Below, piece after piece: positions 52,608 through 64,000 of a DNA stretch of 64,000 bases. The stretch covers positions 22,878,001-22,942,000 of the forward strand of contig OX597825.1 of assembly GCA_951406725.2 (NCBI GenBank), in the 5' to 3' direction. Source of the stretch: Octopus vulgaris (lineage: Eukaryota). The stretch's first letter is position 1, and each line of letters starts with the position of its first letter. A program made the position numbers and the translations under genes. The notes below the pieces were generated by a model that had not been told where the DNA came from, did no database searches, and was given only the letters and a program-made list of their open reading frames with translations.

Positions 52608-52824
52608 ACTCTTTTACTCTCTACTCTTTTACTTGTTTCAGTCATTTGACTGCGGCCATGCTGGAGCACCGCCTTTAGTCGAGCAAATCGACCCCGGGAC
52701 TTATTCTTTGTAAGCCCAGTACTTATTCTATCGGTCTCTTTTGCCGAACCGCTAAGTGACGGGGACGTAAACACACCTGTATCGGTTGTCAAGCAATCCT
52801 AGGGGGACAAACACACACACACAA

Positions 52825-52878
<54 letters not shown>

Positions 52879-53040
52879 GACAGGCTTCTTTCAGTTTCCG
52901 TCTACCAAATCCACTCACAAGGCATTGGTCAGCCCGGGGCTATAGCAGAAGACACTTGCTCGAGTAGACCCTATAGCAGAAGACCCGGAACCATGTGGTT
53001 GGTTAGCAAGCTACTTACCACACAGCCACTCCTACGCCTA
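52608..53040 (-). mobile_element. SINE family 1, full length
   Basis: Family 1 in reverse orientation. Confidence 0.92.
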
Positions 53041-53062
53041 TATATATATATATATATATTAT

Positions 53063-53205
53063 AGGCGCAGGAGTGGCTGTGTAGTAACCAACCTCGTGGT
53101 TCCGGGTTCAGTTTCACTGCGTGGCATCTTGCTATAGCCCTGGGACGACCAATGCCTTGTGAGTGGATTTGGTAGACGGAAACTGAAAGAAGCCTGTTGT
53201 ATATA
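53063..53205 (+). mobile_element. SINE family 1, 5' half, head-to-head with the previous copy
   Basis: aggcgcaggagtggctgtgtag..gaaagaagcctgttgtata. Confidence 0.88.
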
Positions 53206-53206
53206 T

Positions 53207-53700
53207 GCCATTTTAGTCTTGATGCCAAAGGATCTGTTTGGTAACTTTCGTAGGATTTCGTTTAGTCTGTAGTTGGAAAGGTAATTGCCCGCATTCTGTT
53301 TAAATGTTTAAATGCCTTCAGAGTTCAAAGTATAGTGTCTGAGTTTCAATCTGGGTTTCGCTCCTCCAGGGGCACCGTTGATTGTATCTTTAGTATCAGA
53401 CAATTTCAGGAAACGTGCATTGAACAGAATCTTGCCCTATGCCATTGTTTTGTTGATTTAAGGAAGGCATGCACTACTGTTAAGTGAAATGCTCAGGGAC
53501 TAATTCTAAATAAAATATGTTGCACAGGATATTTGTGAACGTGATCAGGGCTTTGCAACAGGATATAAAGACTAGAGTTAATTTTAGAGGTAGGCTTTCT
53601 TTTGCCGTGGAAAATGGAGTAAAGCAAGGAGGCCTTGATGCACCTATCGTTTTTGCAATATACATTGCTGCTGTCACACGCTTTTCAAAAACTCTAGGAG
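53207..53700 (+). pseudogene. RTE-clade reverse transcriptase remnant
   Basis: GKVIARILFKCL..SEFQSGFRSSRGTVDCIFSIRQFQETCIEQNLALCHCFVDLRKA..NGVKQGGLDAPIVFAIY. Confidence 0.88.
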
Positions 53701-53766
53701 GGTAACGCTCGTATTTCATGTTGTTTAATGTTGGTGACTCCTGTACCCATATATACATATGAGTAA

Positions 53767-53829
<63 letters not shown>

Positions 53830-53970
53830 TATTATTTCATTGAACACCACGCATCAATTTCCAAGTAAGTTTATCTTAATACTTTTGATGCGACTCCACT
53901 CTACACTTTTTCTCCCCATCTTTTTCTCCCCTTCACTGTTTTCTATCTGCCTCTCTATCCCCCTCCCCCT

Positions 53971-54019
<49 letters not shown>

Positions 54020-54026
<7 letters not shown>

Positions 54027-54499
54027 GCTCACACGTGATCATCGTCCATCATTCTTTGCATCACTTGATCATCTTCCTTTCTCTTCAGGACTGTCGTATG
54101 GTCTGGATGTATACTACCTCTCTGTTCTATCTTATCTATTTTCAAAGAAAATATTTCTTCCCCGCCCGCTGTTTCCTCTTCGTTCTGTTCTAACGGCCCT
54201 CCATGTTTGTTTTCGTTCGTTTTCCTTGAATGTCTTCACTGTCCTGTTTTAGTTCCTAAATTTGACTTTCCATAAATCCCAAAATGTTGTTTTGGTACTT
54301 ATGGGAGCAACTCTCTTCGAAGACACACATCGTCGTTCAATGTTTTAAATGATGAATAGATAGTCAGCCGAAAACTGATGAAGGGTCGTTCTTTATATTA
54401 CTTGTTCTGTTTTCCATTAGTTTCTCTCGTCGTTTGCGAATTGAACTCTATTTTCGTATTTCACGTTGTTTACTGTTGGTGACGTCCTATATCAATATA

Positions 54500-54505
<6 letters not shown>
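54020..54505 (+). repeat. Diverged relative of the 3634-4045 repeat family
   Basis: Similar layout, aactgatgaaggg and terminus gacgtcctatatcaatatatgca. Confidence 0.5.
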
Positions 54506-54579
<74 letters not shown>

Positions 54580-54633
54580 TATATTATTATTTGATTGAAC
54601 GTCACACTTCCATTTCCAAATAAACACACACAC

Positions 54634-54669
<36 letters not shown>

Positions 54670-55197
54670 TGTATATAAGAAAAAGGGACAGGCAACAGGT
54701 TGCCCGACCGCATACCGAAAAAATAGAAATAGCAGTCAAGAATGCTTATTTCTATCAAAGTTGGACTCCGGGTACGACAAACCCTGTAATTCACATATGC
54801 AAAACAGAAGGAATAGATAACGAAAACGAAGTCTGGTGGTTATCTGTGAACATCATGTTTCTGGATTATAAACATATTGAATATATATTTCATATATATT
54901 TTTGATATATATTTCATATACATTGCATATATATTTCATATACATTGCATATATATTTCACATCCTTCTTCAGCACAGCTTTCCATTGAAAAAGATTTAT
55001 CATAGATTTATCAAATGCTACGTACCTCAAACCTTCTGACCATGCGACATCAAAATATTTGAAGAAAGTGAGCAAAAGCTAAACCTACATAGACGTTTGA
55101 ATTCGTAAATCTTCCCTCCAAAATTTTGCCATGCGCACTACAAAAATAGTTCCATAAGATTGGGAACTATTGGGTTGTCATAAGGGAGTGAAAAATC

Positions 55198-55255
<58 letters not shown>

Positions 55256-55824
55256 TACATATACATACATATACATATATATATATACATACATACATAT
55301 ATGGATGTATGTATAGACATATACACAAAAGTATGCACTTTAGATAGGTAAAAAGATTTCGTCACGTTTATGACCTAGTAAGACAAACATTGTTGATGGT
55401 ACGATATTATATGTGTGAAAAAATATTCTTAGGCTTATCACGAAGTATTAATAAGTAAAAAAAAAATCAGCACATCTTATTTAATTAACACTGCAAGGAG
55501 AAGTTCACATTTACAAACACTATCTTATCAGGCTGCCGATACATGGAAAATTCGCATCTTATGGAGGTATTGCAGTAGTATGTCTGTACCTTTAACCCTG
55601 ACGTCATCAAAATCCAATACGGAATGAATCCACTACGTTGATTAATCGCTCTACTACCCTGATAATGTCCTTTGGAAAGATTCAGATCTGTTGCTATGTT
55701 CATTGCAAGAAACATTGATAACATAATTGCAAGGAACCTGACAAGAATAGGTTTAATGGTTTTTTTTTTTTGTAATTCTCATGTTAATTAGATTTCATGT
55801 TTCTATGCATATATACCGACATAT

Positions 55825-56150
<326 letters not shown>

Positions 56151-56394
56151 GTATATAATTATAATTATTATTTTCATTATATAAATATATATATGTGTGT
56201 GTATGTATGTATATATGTACGTATGTGTGTATGTGATTGTATATTATTGTTGCATACATATTATATATATATATATATGTTTAATTATGTGGTATATGAA
56301 ACATTATTCTAATTTATATTATCTTGTGAATCACATTCTATTATTCTCACCTTGAATTGATTTGATTAATATCATACCTATTCTTACACGCACG

Positions 56395-56480
<86 letters not shown>

Positions 56481-56763
56481 TCTACACCATCGCATATTTC
56501 AGTGTTGTATTTTGTTCGTATTATCTCAGTCGCCATTTTCGCTCTTTTAGTTTGAGCTTAACCCTTTTTATCAATCTAATTCTTTAGGTACCAAATTTCA
56601 CAATCAATCTGTCTCATTTCTCAATCAGTTTTACGCTTTCTAATCATTGCATCTCTTCTGTTATAGCTACCCGTTGCATGCATTTATTTTAACATGTATT
56701 TTTCTAATTTCTGTATCGATTGTACGCTTTCTAATCGCTGCCTATCAATGTTTATATCCGTAC

Positions 56764-56822
<59 letters not shown>

Positions 56823-57580
56823 TAACAATAACAATAATAATAATAATAATAACACACATATAACATACAGAAAATTGCACACTAGGCACTGCACACATCC
56901 TACGCAGAACACTTTCCATACAATAACCATCAGAGCATCACAACAAATCACAGCACATACCGTGCACACAGAGCTGCGCTCGGTAGTGAAGTGAAAGCAC
57001 GCTATAAAAATAAAACTACTGAACTTGCAGCAAGTTTTCGTAGGAGCTTTACTCCGAATGATCAAGAAGGGAACCGTAAACAATTATATGAGAATGATCC
57101 CTGGCTTACCATTTCTAATAAGAAGTGCAAAAGATTGCTTTAACTGGTACATCACACGTATTGAGAAGATCATTGTCGATGTGAGAACTATTACTACCCA
57201 TGTATTTTAATTTAACTTTTAAAAAAAATGAACGAACTAGTGAGTTTAGTTTAATGGCCTACCAATGTATACTATGAGTTTCTTTGCTCTAGGAGTCGGG
57301 AAGACGTTCGGCAAGAAATGGAAGCAAATTTGAAAGAAGAAGAAAAAAAGATAACAATAATAATAATAATAATAATAATCCTTTCTACTATAGACAGAAG
57401 ACCTGAAATTTGAGGGAGACGGTAGTCGATTACATTGACCACAGTACATGACTGGTACTTATTTTATCGAATCCGAAAGGATGAAAGGTAAAGTCATATC
57501 GTAGTGGCACACGAAATACTGCTAAGCATTTCGCATGGTGCGCTAACAGTTCTGACGACTCGTCGCTTTAATGATAATAA
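56764..57580 (+). repeat. Unit 1 of local tandem duplication: (TAA)n + LINE-A 3' end + LINE-B 3' end + minus SINE2
   Basis: Collinear with 57803-58660. Confidence 0.9.
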
Positions 57581-57589
57581 TAAAAATAA

Positions 57590-57802
57590 TGGTTTCAAGT
57601 TTTACCACAAGGAATCAATTTTGGGAGAGAGGGGAGTCCATTAGACGGACATCAGTACGTAACTGGTAATTAATTTATTGACCCCGAAACGATGAATGGC
57701 AAAGCCGACCTCGCAGGAATTTGTACTCAGAACGTAAAGACGGACGAAATTCCACTAGATATTTTGCCCGGCGAGCTAACGATTCTACGAGTTCGCCGCC
57801 TT
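57590..57802 (-). mobile_element. SINE family 2 variant
   Basis: gaccccgaaacgatgaatggcaaagccgacctcg..ctcagaacgtaaagacggacgaaat..gttcgccgcc. Confidence 0.85.
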
Positions 57803-57806
57803 AATG

Positions 57807-57873
<67 letters not shown>

Positions 57874-58660
57874 TAACAATAACAATAATAATAATAATAA
57901 TAATAACAAACACATATAACATACAGAAAATTGCACTACTAGGCACTGCACACATCCTATGCAGAACACTTTCCATACAATAACCATCAGAGCATCACAA
58001 CAAATCACAGCACATACCCAAGGCACACAGAGCTGCGCTCGGTAGTGAAGTGAAAGCACGCTATAAAAATAAAACTACTGAATAATAATAATAAGTGATC
58101 GTAGGAGCACTAGGAATGATCAAGAAGGGAACCGAAAATTATATGAGAATGATCCCTGGCTTACCATCCCTGCAAGAAGTGCAAAAGATTGCCTTAACTG
58201 GTACATCACACGTATTGAGAAGATCATTGTCGATGTGAGAACTATTACTACCCATGTATTTTAATTTAACTTTTTAAAAAAATGAACGAACTATTGAGTT
58301 TAGTTTAATGGCCTACCAATGTATACTATGAGTTTCTTTGCCCTAGGAGTCGGGAAGACACTCGGCAAGAAATGGAAGCAAATTTGAAAGAAGAAGAAAA
58401 AAAGATAACAATAATAATAATAATAATAATAATCCTTTCTACTATAGACAGAAGACCTGAAATTTGAGGGAGGGGGATAGTCGATTACATTGACCACAGT
58501 ACATGACTGGTACTTATTTTATCGTCCCCCAAATGGATGAAAGGCAAAGTCGACCTCGACGGGATTTGAACTCAGAAAGTAAAGACGGACGAAATGCCAC
58601 TAAGTATTTTGTCCGGTGTGGTAACGATTCTACCAGCTCGCTGCCTTGATGATGATAGTA
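57803..58660 (+). repeat. Unit 2 of tandem duplication; R4/Dong-like family A end (57905-58082), family B end (58096-58410), minus SINE2 (58432-58650)
   Basis: NIQKIALLGTAHILCRTLSIQ*; IVGALGMIKKGTENYMRMIPGLPSLQEVQKIALTGTSHVLRRSLSM*. Confidence 0.9.
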
Positions 58661-58693
58661 ATAATAATGATGACCTACCAAATCCGCTTCAAC

Positions 58694-58866
58694 TGTTCCT
58701 TCGATGAATCACCCAATTTTATATACTATTCTGTATACTAATACTTATAATTTGGCATAAGCCAGACGGTATATACTCACGGCTGTCTGACGATCCGAGT
58801 AACAGCTTGTGAAATCAGTTCAAATTCAATAATGTGTCAGTATGTGTGAGTGTCTGTGTATGTGTG

Positions 58867-58907
<41 letters not shown>

Positions 58908-59112
58908 TATATCATTATCTTATATTATACAATATATATATGTATATAGGCGCAGGAGTGGCTATGTGGTAAGTAGCTTGCTTATGAACCACATGGTTCC
59001 GGTTTCAGTCCCACTGTATGGCATTTTGGGCAAGTGTCTTCTACTATATCGCCTCGGGCCGACCAAAGCCTTGCGAGTGGATTTGGTACACGGAAACTCA
59101 AAGAAGCCTGTC

Positions 59113-59206
<94 letters not shown>

Positions 59207-59353
59207 GTGTGTGTGTGTGTTGGTGTATTTATGTCCCTAGCCGTGCGGCAAAAGAGACCGATAGAATAAGTCCTGGGGTCGATTTGCTCGACTAAAGGCG
59301 GTGCCCCAACATGACCGCAATCAAATGACTGAAACAAGTAAATGAGTAAAGAG
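58694..59353 (+). repeat. Composite repeat + SINE family 1, paralogous to 16572-17172
   Basis: Collinear match, including the shared SINE variants ggctatgtgg and gcttatgaaccac. Confidence 0.88.
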
Positions 59354-59919
59354 TGTACCGTATTATATTATATATTATATGATATATTATTTTATATTAT
59401 GTAATATATATATAAATATATTTATGTATATGTGTGCATATATGTATGTGTATATATGTATATATTTATATGCAGCAGAGGATTTATCCAAAGACGAATT
59501 ACGAAAGCGATTACCATAATCATCTTCATTTCTTCTGGAAGGAATTAATAATGAATCTATACATCATCTTTTTGGCCTTCATAGACCTCTGTGCAGATTG
59601 TAACGTATTTCTTGTGATGCAGACGCCAGCAGACATCATTAAATATATTGTTTGCTGAATACTACAAACAGTGCCACTAATCTTGAGTAGTTTTATTGTC
59701 TTTCAACGAAGAGACACAACCAGATTACAACAGCGGTTTTAGAAGGGATGCTGCATCTAAAAATAATAGGTTTTGCTTGATGACCGCACACAACGGCGAC
59801 AAACCAGCGAGAACATATTAAAAACGAATATCTCACCTTTTTCATTTTCCATTGTTTTCCGTGCATATGAATATATGTGTGTGTGTGTGTATGTATGTGT
59901 GTGTGGGGGTATACTTTAT

Positions 59920-60022
59920 TATTAAAGCTGCAAAAACTCCACAAAATGCCACAAAAAACTGCTTTTCAAGCTCACGTTCCTGTGATGGCGGTGATTTTTG
60001 TGATGTTTTTGCAGCTTTAATA
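59920..60022. repeat. Small hairpin / MITE-like element
   Basis: tattaaagctgcaaaaac (59920-59937) / gtttttgcagctttaata (60005-60022), plus inner cacaaaa/ttttgtg. Confidence 0.75.
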
Positions 60023-60388
60023 TTAAAACATTACTCTACCTCTGGAAATTCTTTACATGTCTATCTAACATGTAAAACTCTATGATTCCTATTACAGAAG
60101 GCGAGCTGGCTGAAACTTCAAGGTCACTGTCAATTATCTTTTTGTAAAAGTTTGATAAACATGTAAATGGTGGTGCCCCAGTATGGCCACAGCTCGTGAG
60201 CTGAAACAAGATGAAATAAAATTTAAAAAATGTACCTTGCCTAAAAGTATTGTGTAATCTTTCTGTTAAATGTTAAATCCTTCTGATATACACATTGCCA
60301 TAAATTAACTTGGACGTAAATTGACATTAATTTATAGATGTGTGTGCGTACATATGTGTGTGTGTGTGTGTGTGTGTGCTTGTGTGTG

Positions 60389-60633
60389 TGGAGGCGCGAA
60401 GCTTAGTGGTTAAGGTGTCAGCATCATGATCGTAAGATAGTGGTTTCGATTCCTGGACCGGGCGTCGCGTTGTGTTCTTGAGCAGATTTCATTTCACGGT
60501 GGATCAGTCCACTCAACTGGCAAAAATGAGTAAAGCTGCGATGGACTGGCGTCCTGTCCAGGTGGGGAACACATACATCATTGAAACCGAGAAACCGAGC
60601 CAATGAGTCTGGTTAGGCTTTAAAAGGGGCGCA
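60389..60633 (+). mobile_element. SINE family 4
   Basis: ggaggcgcgaagcttagtgg..gcgatggactggcgtcctgtccagg..ggctttaaaaggggcgcat. Confidence 0.9.
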
Positions 60634-61538
60634 TCTATTTTATTTATATATATATGTGTGTGTGTGTGTGTATGTGTGTGTGTGTGTGTGTGTGTTTGTG
60701 AGTGCGTGTATATATAAATATACATACACACACACACACTGAGAGAGACAGACGGACAGATATATGAACATATATATACGTATCTATTTATATATATATA
60801 TACACATATATATGTGTACGTATGTGTGCATATATATATGTGTGTGTATGAACACATTCATACGTGCGTAAAAGGTATGAATAAAGAGGGAAATGGAGAC
60901 GAATTGGGAGATAAATGCATGCAAACGGAGATCGGAAACAAACACTTGCTCTTCACCCATTTTAAGAATTTATGCGCATGCCCACAAACTGACACACTCG
61001 CTTATATACATACACGGGTTTGTACACGTGTGTTTTCGTATCTGAATGTATGTATGCATTTATATATTAATGTACATCATTAGACCCTCTTTTCTCAAAT
61101 ACGTTCACATATATATTCATATAGAAAACCATAAAATTTCTAAGAATTTTTTAAAATTATATCCAATTTTCAAACAACAATTTATTGCTCATTCTTTTTC
61201 GATTTTGCATTTTATGAATCTCGTTTTTTTCTTTCCTTGTCAATAATTTTCCTGATTTCTTCCTTAAAATAATAAAATCAAAATCGAGACAATCTCTTCT
61301 TATTGATTTTAAACATAAAAAGTTTTTGGTAATTAAATTTCTTATCGTTTCCTTCTTGTTACGATCTTCAAAACGCGACACAAAATCTGCTTAAAGAAAT
61401 GAGAAAGACGCCAGAGAAGTCATTAGATTGTCGAAGAATGGGATTTCCATCAGAATAATGACTGTTCAAATGGAAACTTTTAAATCCGCTCTTTGTTACT
61501 GTCATTTTACGCTGAAAATCTTAACAGTCCACTCATTT

Positions 61539-61595
<57 letters not shown>

Positions 61596-61596
<1 letters not shown>

Positions 61597-61813
61597 CGAT
61601 GCTTTCAAATTTTGGCTCCAGGTTAGCAGGTTTGGAGAGATGGAACAAGACAATTCCATCGATCCCAGTACTACACGACTGGTACTTATTTTATCGATCC
61701 CGAAAGGATGAAAGGCATACTCGACGTTGGCGGAATTTGAATTCAGAAGGTAAAGACGGACGAAATTCCGCTTAGCATTTTTTTCTGAGCTAACAATTTT
61801 GCCAGCTCACCGC

Positions 61814-61815
<2 letters not shown>
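61596..61815 (-). mobile_element. SINE family 2 variant between (TAG)n and (TAA)n
   Basis: ctggtacttattttatcgatcccgaaaggatgaaaggca..gccagctcaccg. Confidence 0.85.
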
Positions 61816-61870
<55 letters not shown>

Positions 61871-61981
61871 TTCTACTAAAGGCACAAAATAGCTTTATAT
61901 ATCTTATTTCTACTTTCATTCTCTAATTTCCCTATCTCCTCCTCTTCGACAATAATTGGAACTCAAATATATTCTCAAACC

Positions 61982-62029
61982 GTCTCTGATGAAGGGATAT
62001 CCATAATATCTCAGAAACAGCTGTAAGAC
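61982..62029 (+). ncRNA. Minimal type-I hammerhead ribozyme motif in a Penelope-like terminal fragment (~61890-62260)
   Basis: Stem I gtct/agac, CTGATGA, stem II gggatat/atatctc, GAAAC, palindromic stem III acagctgt, triplet GTA (62023-62025). Confidence 0.8.
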
Positions 62030-62284
62030 TATTTCATTATAAATGTCTTGAAAAATCCTCACTGTCTTAGCTTTGTTATCTCATTCTGTTTAATATATAT
62101 GTATCCATGCTAATACAAGACACACACTAGACTCCTCTCTCGTATCATTATCGAAACAAGAGTTTAACTACGGTCTGTCCATACCATCCATAACATCCAT
62201 ACCACTTACTTAGCGGTACCTGACACTCTTAGGGTCTTCTAGATACCAATACCTCGCATCACACACACACACACACACACACAT

Positions 62285-62398
<114 letters not shown>

Positions 62399-62444
62399 CG
62401 TATCTATATATGCATGTATATTATGTATGTATATATGTATTAGT

Positions 62445-62770
62445 TCTAGTTCTAAAATCTCTAAAAGAGATCAACGCAGTAGTTATACTGACAGGCAATA
62501 TTCGTAGCTACTTCAACATGGCTGTCCGTTCGTGCGGACTCTACTACGATTTTTTAACCCCAAGAGAACATCTCCCCTAGCTGGGTAACGATGCACAGAT
62601 GCATCCGATAAAATTGCTACCATCGCCAAGCGACGGGACCAGTAGACCAGTCCTGGTTTCGGGCTATTTATGACACTCTTCGCAATTGTATCGGATGCAG
62701 CTGTACATTGTTAACCAATGTCCTCTTGGGGCTAAAAAAATCGCAGTAGTCTCTGCTCGAACGGACAGCC
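62445..62770 (+). pseudogene. Strongly decayed RTE-clade LINE 3' fragment
   Basis: Residual (W)LG..HR and G.RPV..PVL.F-like motifs; weak. Confidence 0.4.
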
Positions 62771-64000
62771 ATGTTAAAGTGGCTACAAATATTACTTATA
62801 TATATATGTTATTATATGAAAATATCATCAAAAATTATTATCAATTTAAAATACTTCCAGAATTGTACAAGAGTCTACATTTTTTTGCTTAGACTTTTGG
62901 GCAATTCCTGTACTTTCCCCAACCAATAAAATATTATGTTGGATACTTTCTATTCCATAGTCGCCGTTTCTGTCAAAGAATTTTATGCTATATAAACATC
63001 ATTTATCTTCATCCTTCACACATACTGGTATACTGATAGACTGAGAGAGAGAAAGAGAGGGAGAGAGAGAGAGAAAGAGAGTGAGAAAGTGAGAGAGAAA
63101 GAAAGAGAGAGAGACAGAAAGCTACGATAATTGCAGTGCCATTTATTGTTATTTACTATGCATAATCCACTGCAGAAAATTACAGTCTATACTTGAAAAC
63201 ATAAACTTTAAAAAAATAAAATGAAATGCAAACTATAATAGATGAAAAAATTAAATAAATAAATCTTTCGCAAAAATAAAACAAATTATAGTAAACGTTA
63301 ACCAAATGCATATAAACGTAAATTATATATGGCATGCTACCGTTTTTTAATATATATATATATATATATATTAGGTTCTCTTGTTTACTGCGTAATTATT
63401 TTGAAAATATATATTTTTGTTTTCCATTACAACCATAAATTTTTAATTACTTTTTTTTTTTCAATTTTTTTCTATTTCTGTGCGTCGCTCTATTTTGTTT
63501 TCTATAATACTTTTTCACCTATCTCTATAGCTTATTTTTCTGAAGTAAATTACTTTATAATCCCTCTTGAAGTAATTATTTTAAAATAACAATGGAAAGC
63601 GCCTTGATGTGAATGGGATTATAATAGAAGACTAGGTCTATCAAATAGTTATTTTTTTTATCACGTTACATTATTGGAATAGATATGCCAATAACTTATC
63701 TACCCCACGCCGTCCACATCTCTGTATTTGAATTTTTTGTTTGATGGTTTTAACTGTTTTAACACGCATAGAAAATTTACATGTTACCATTCCTTTAAAA
63801 AAATCGTTTACCATTGACAATCTTTTATATAAATTATCAGTCTTCTTAAACATGCTCCTATCTTTAATGCTCTTTAGTAAATGCAAATACTTCGTAACAT
63901 CACTTTTTCACGCACATAAAGAGAATTATTGCTGTTTTTCCTCTTTTTTTAATGTTGTGTCACATTCTGGAATGAACAAAAGTGTTATTAAAATTAGTAG

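Noticed and set aside
63671-63900. KYLHL..DNLYK as a piggyBac remnant or exon
   Set aside because: Only two weak motif fragments; not supportable

Overview
AT-rich, microsatellite-dense animal genomic DNA that reads as intronic or intergenic. The repeat families resemble those I recall from Octopus (coleoid cephalopod) genomes; this is inferred from recall, not from a search. No intact protein-coding gene can be supported: nearly every ORF in the track is a translation of a (TA)n, (CA)n, (TAA)n or (GATA)n repeat or of a SINE. The window holds at least four tRNA-headed SINE families (about 35 copies or fragments, several with target-site duplications) and many 5'-truncated restriction-endonuclease LINE remnants (R4/Dong-like), mostly beside (TAA)n. 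It also holds RTE-clade RT remnants, mariner remnants, a hAT/Charlie-like element, a non-autonomous Helitron and a ~39-bp palindromic minisatellite. The most interesting signal is a set of minimal type-I hammerhead ribozyme motifs (CUGANGA-stemII-GAAAC-stemIII-NUH) in several unrelated short repeats, repeatedly arranged as inverted or fold-back junctions typical of Penelope-like elements. One element joins a tRNA-derived Pol III head to a hammerhead-bearing tail (candidate Penelope-dependent SINE, 15217-15740). Another is a spacerless 158-bp palindrome with two hammerheads whose only mismatch falls on the cleavage triplet (26463-26620). Boundaries of degraded repeats are approximate.
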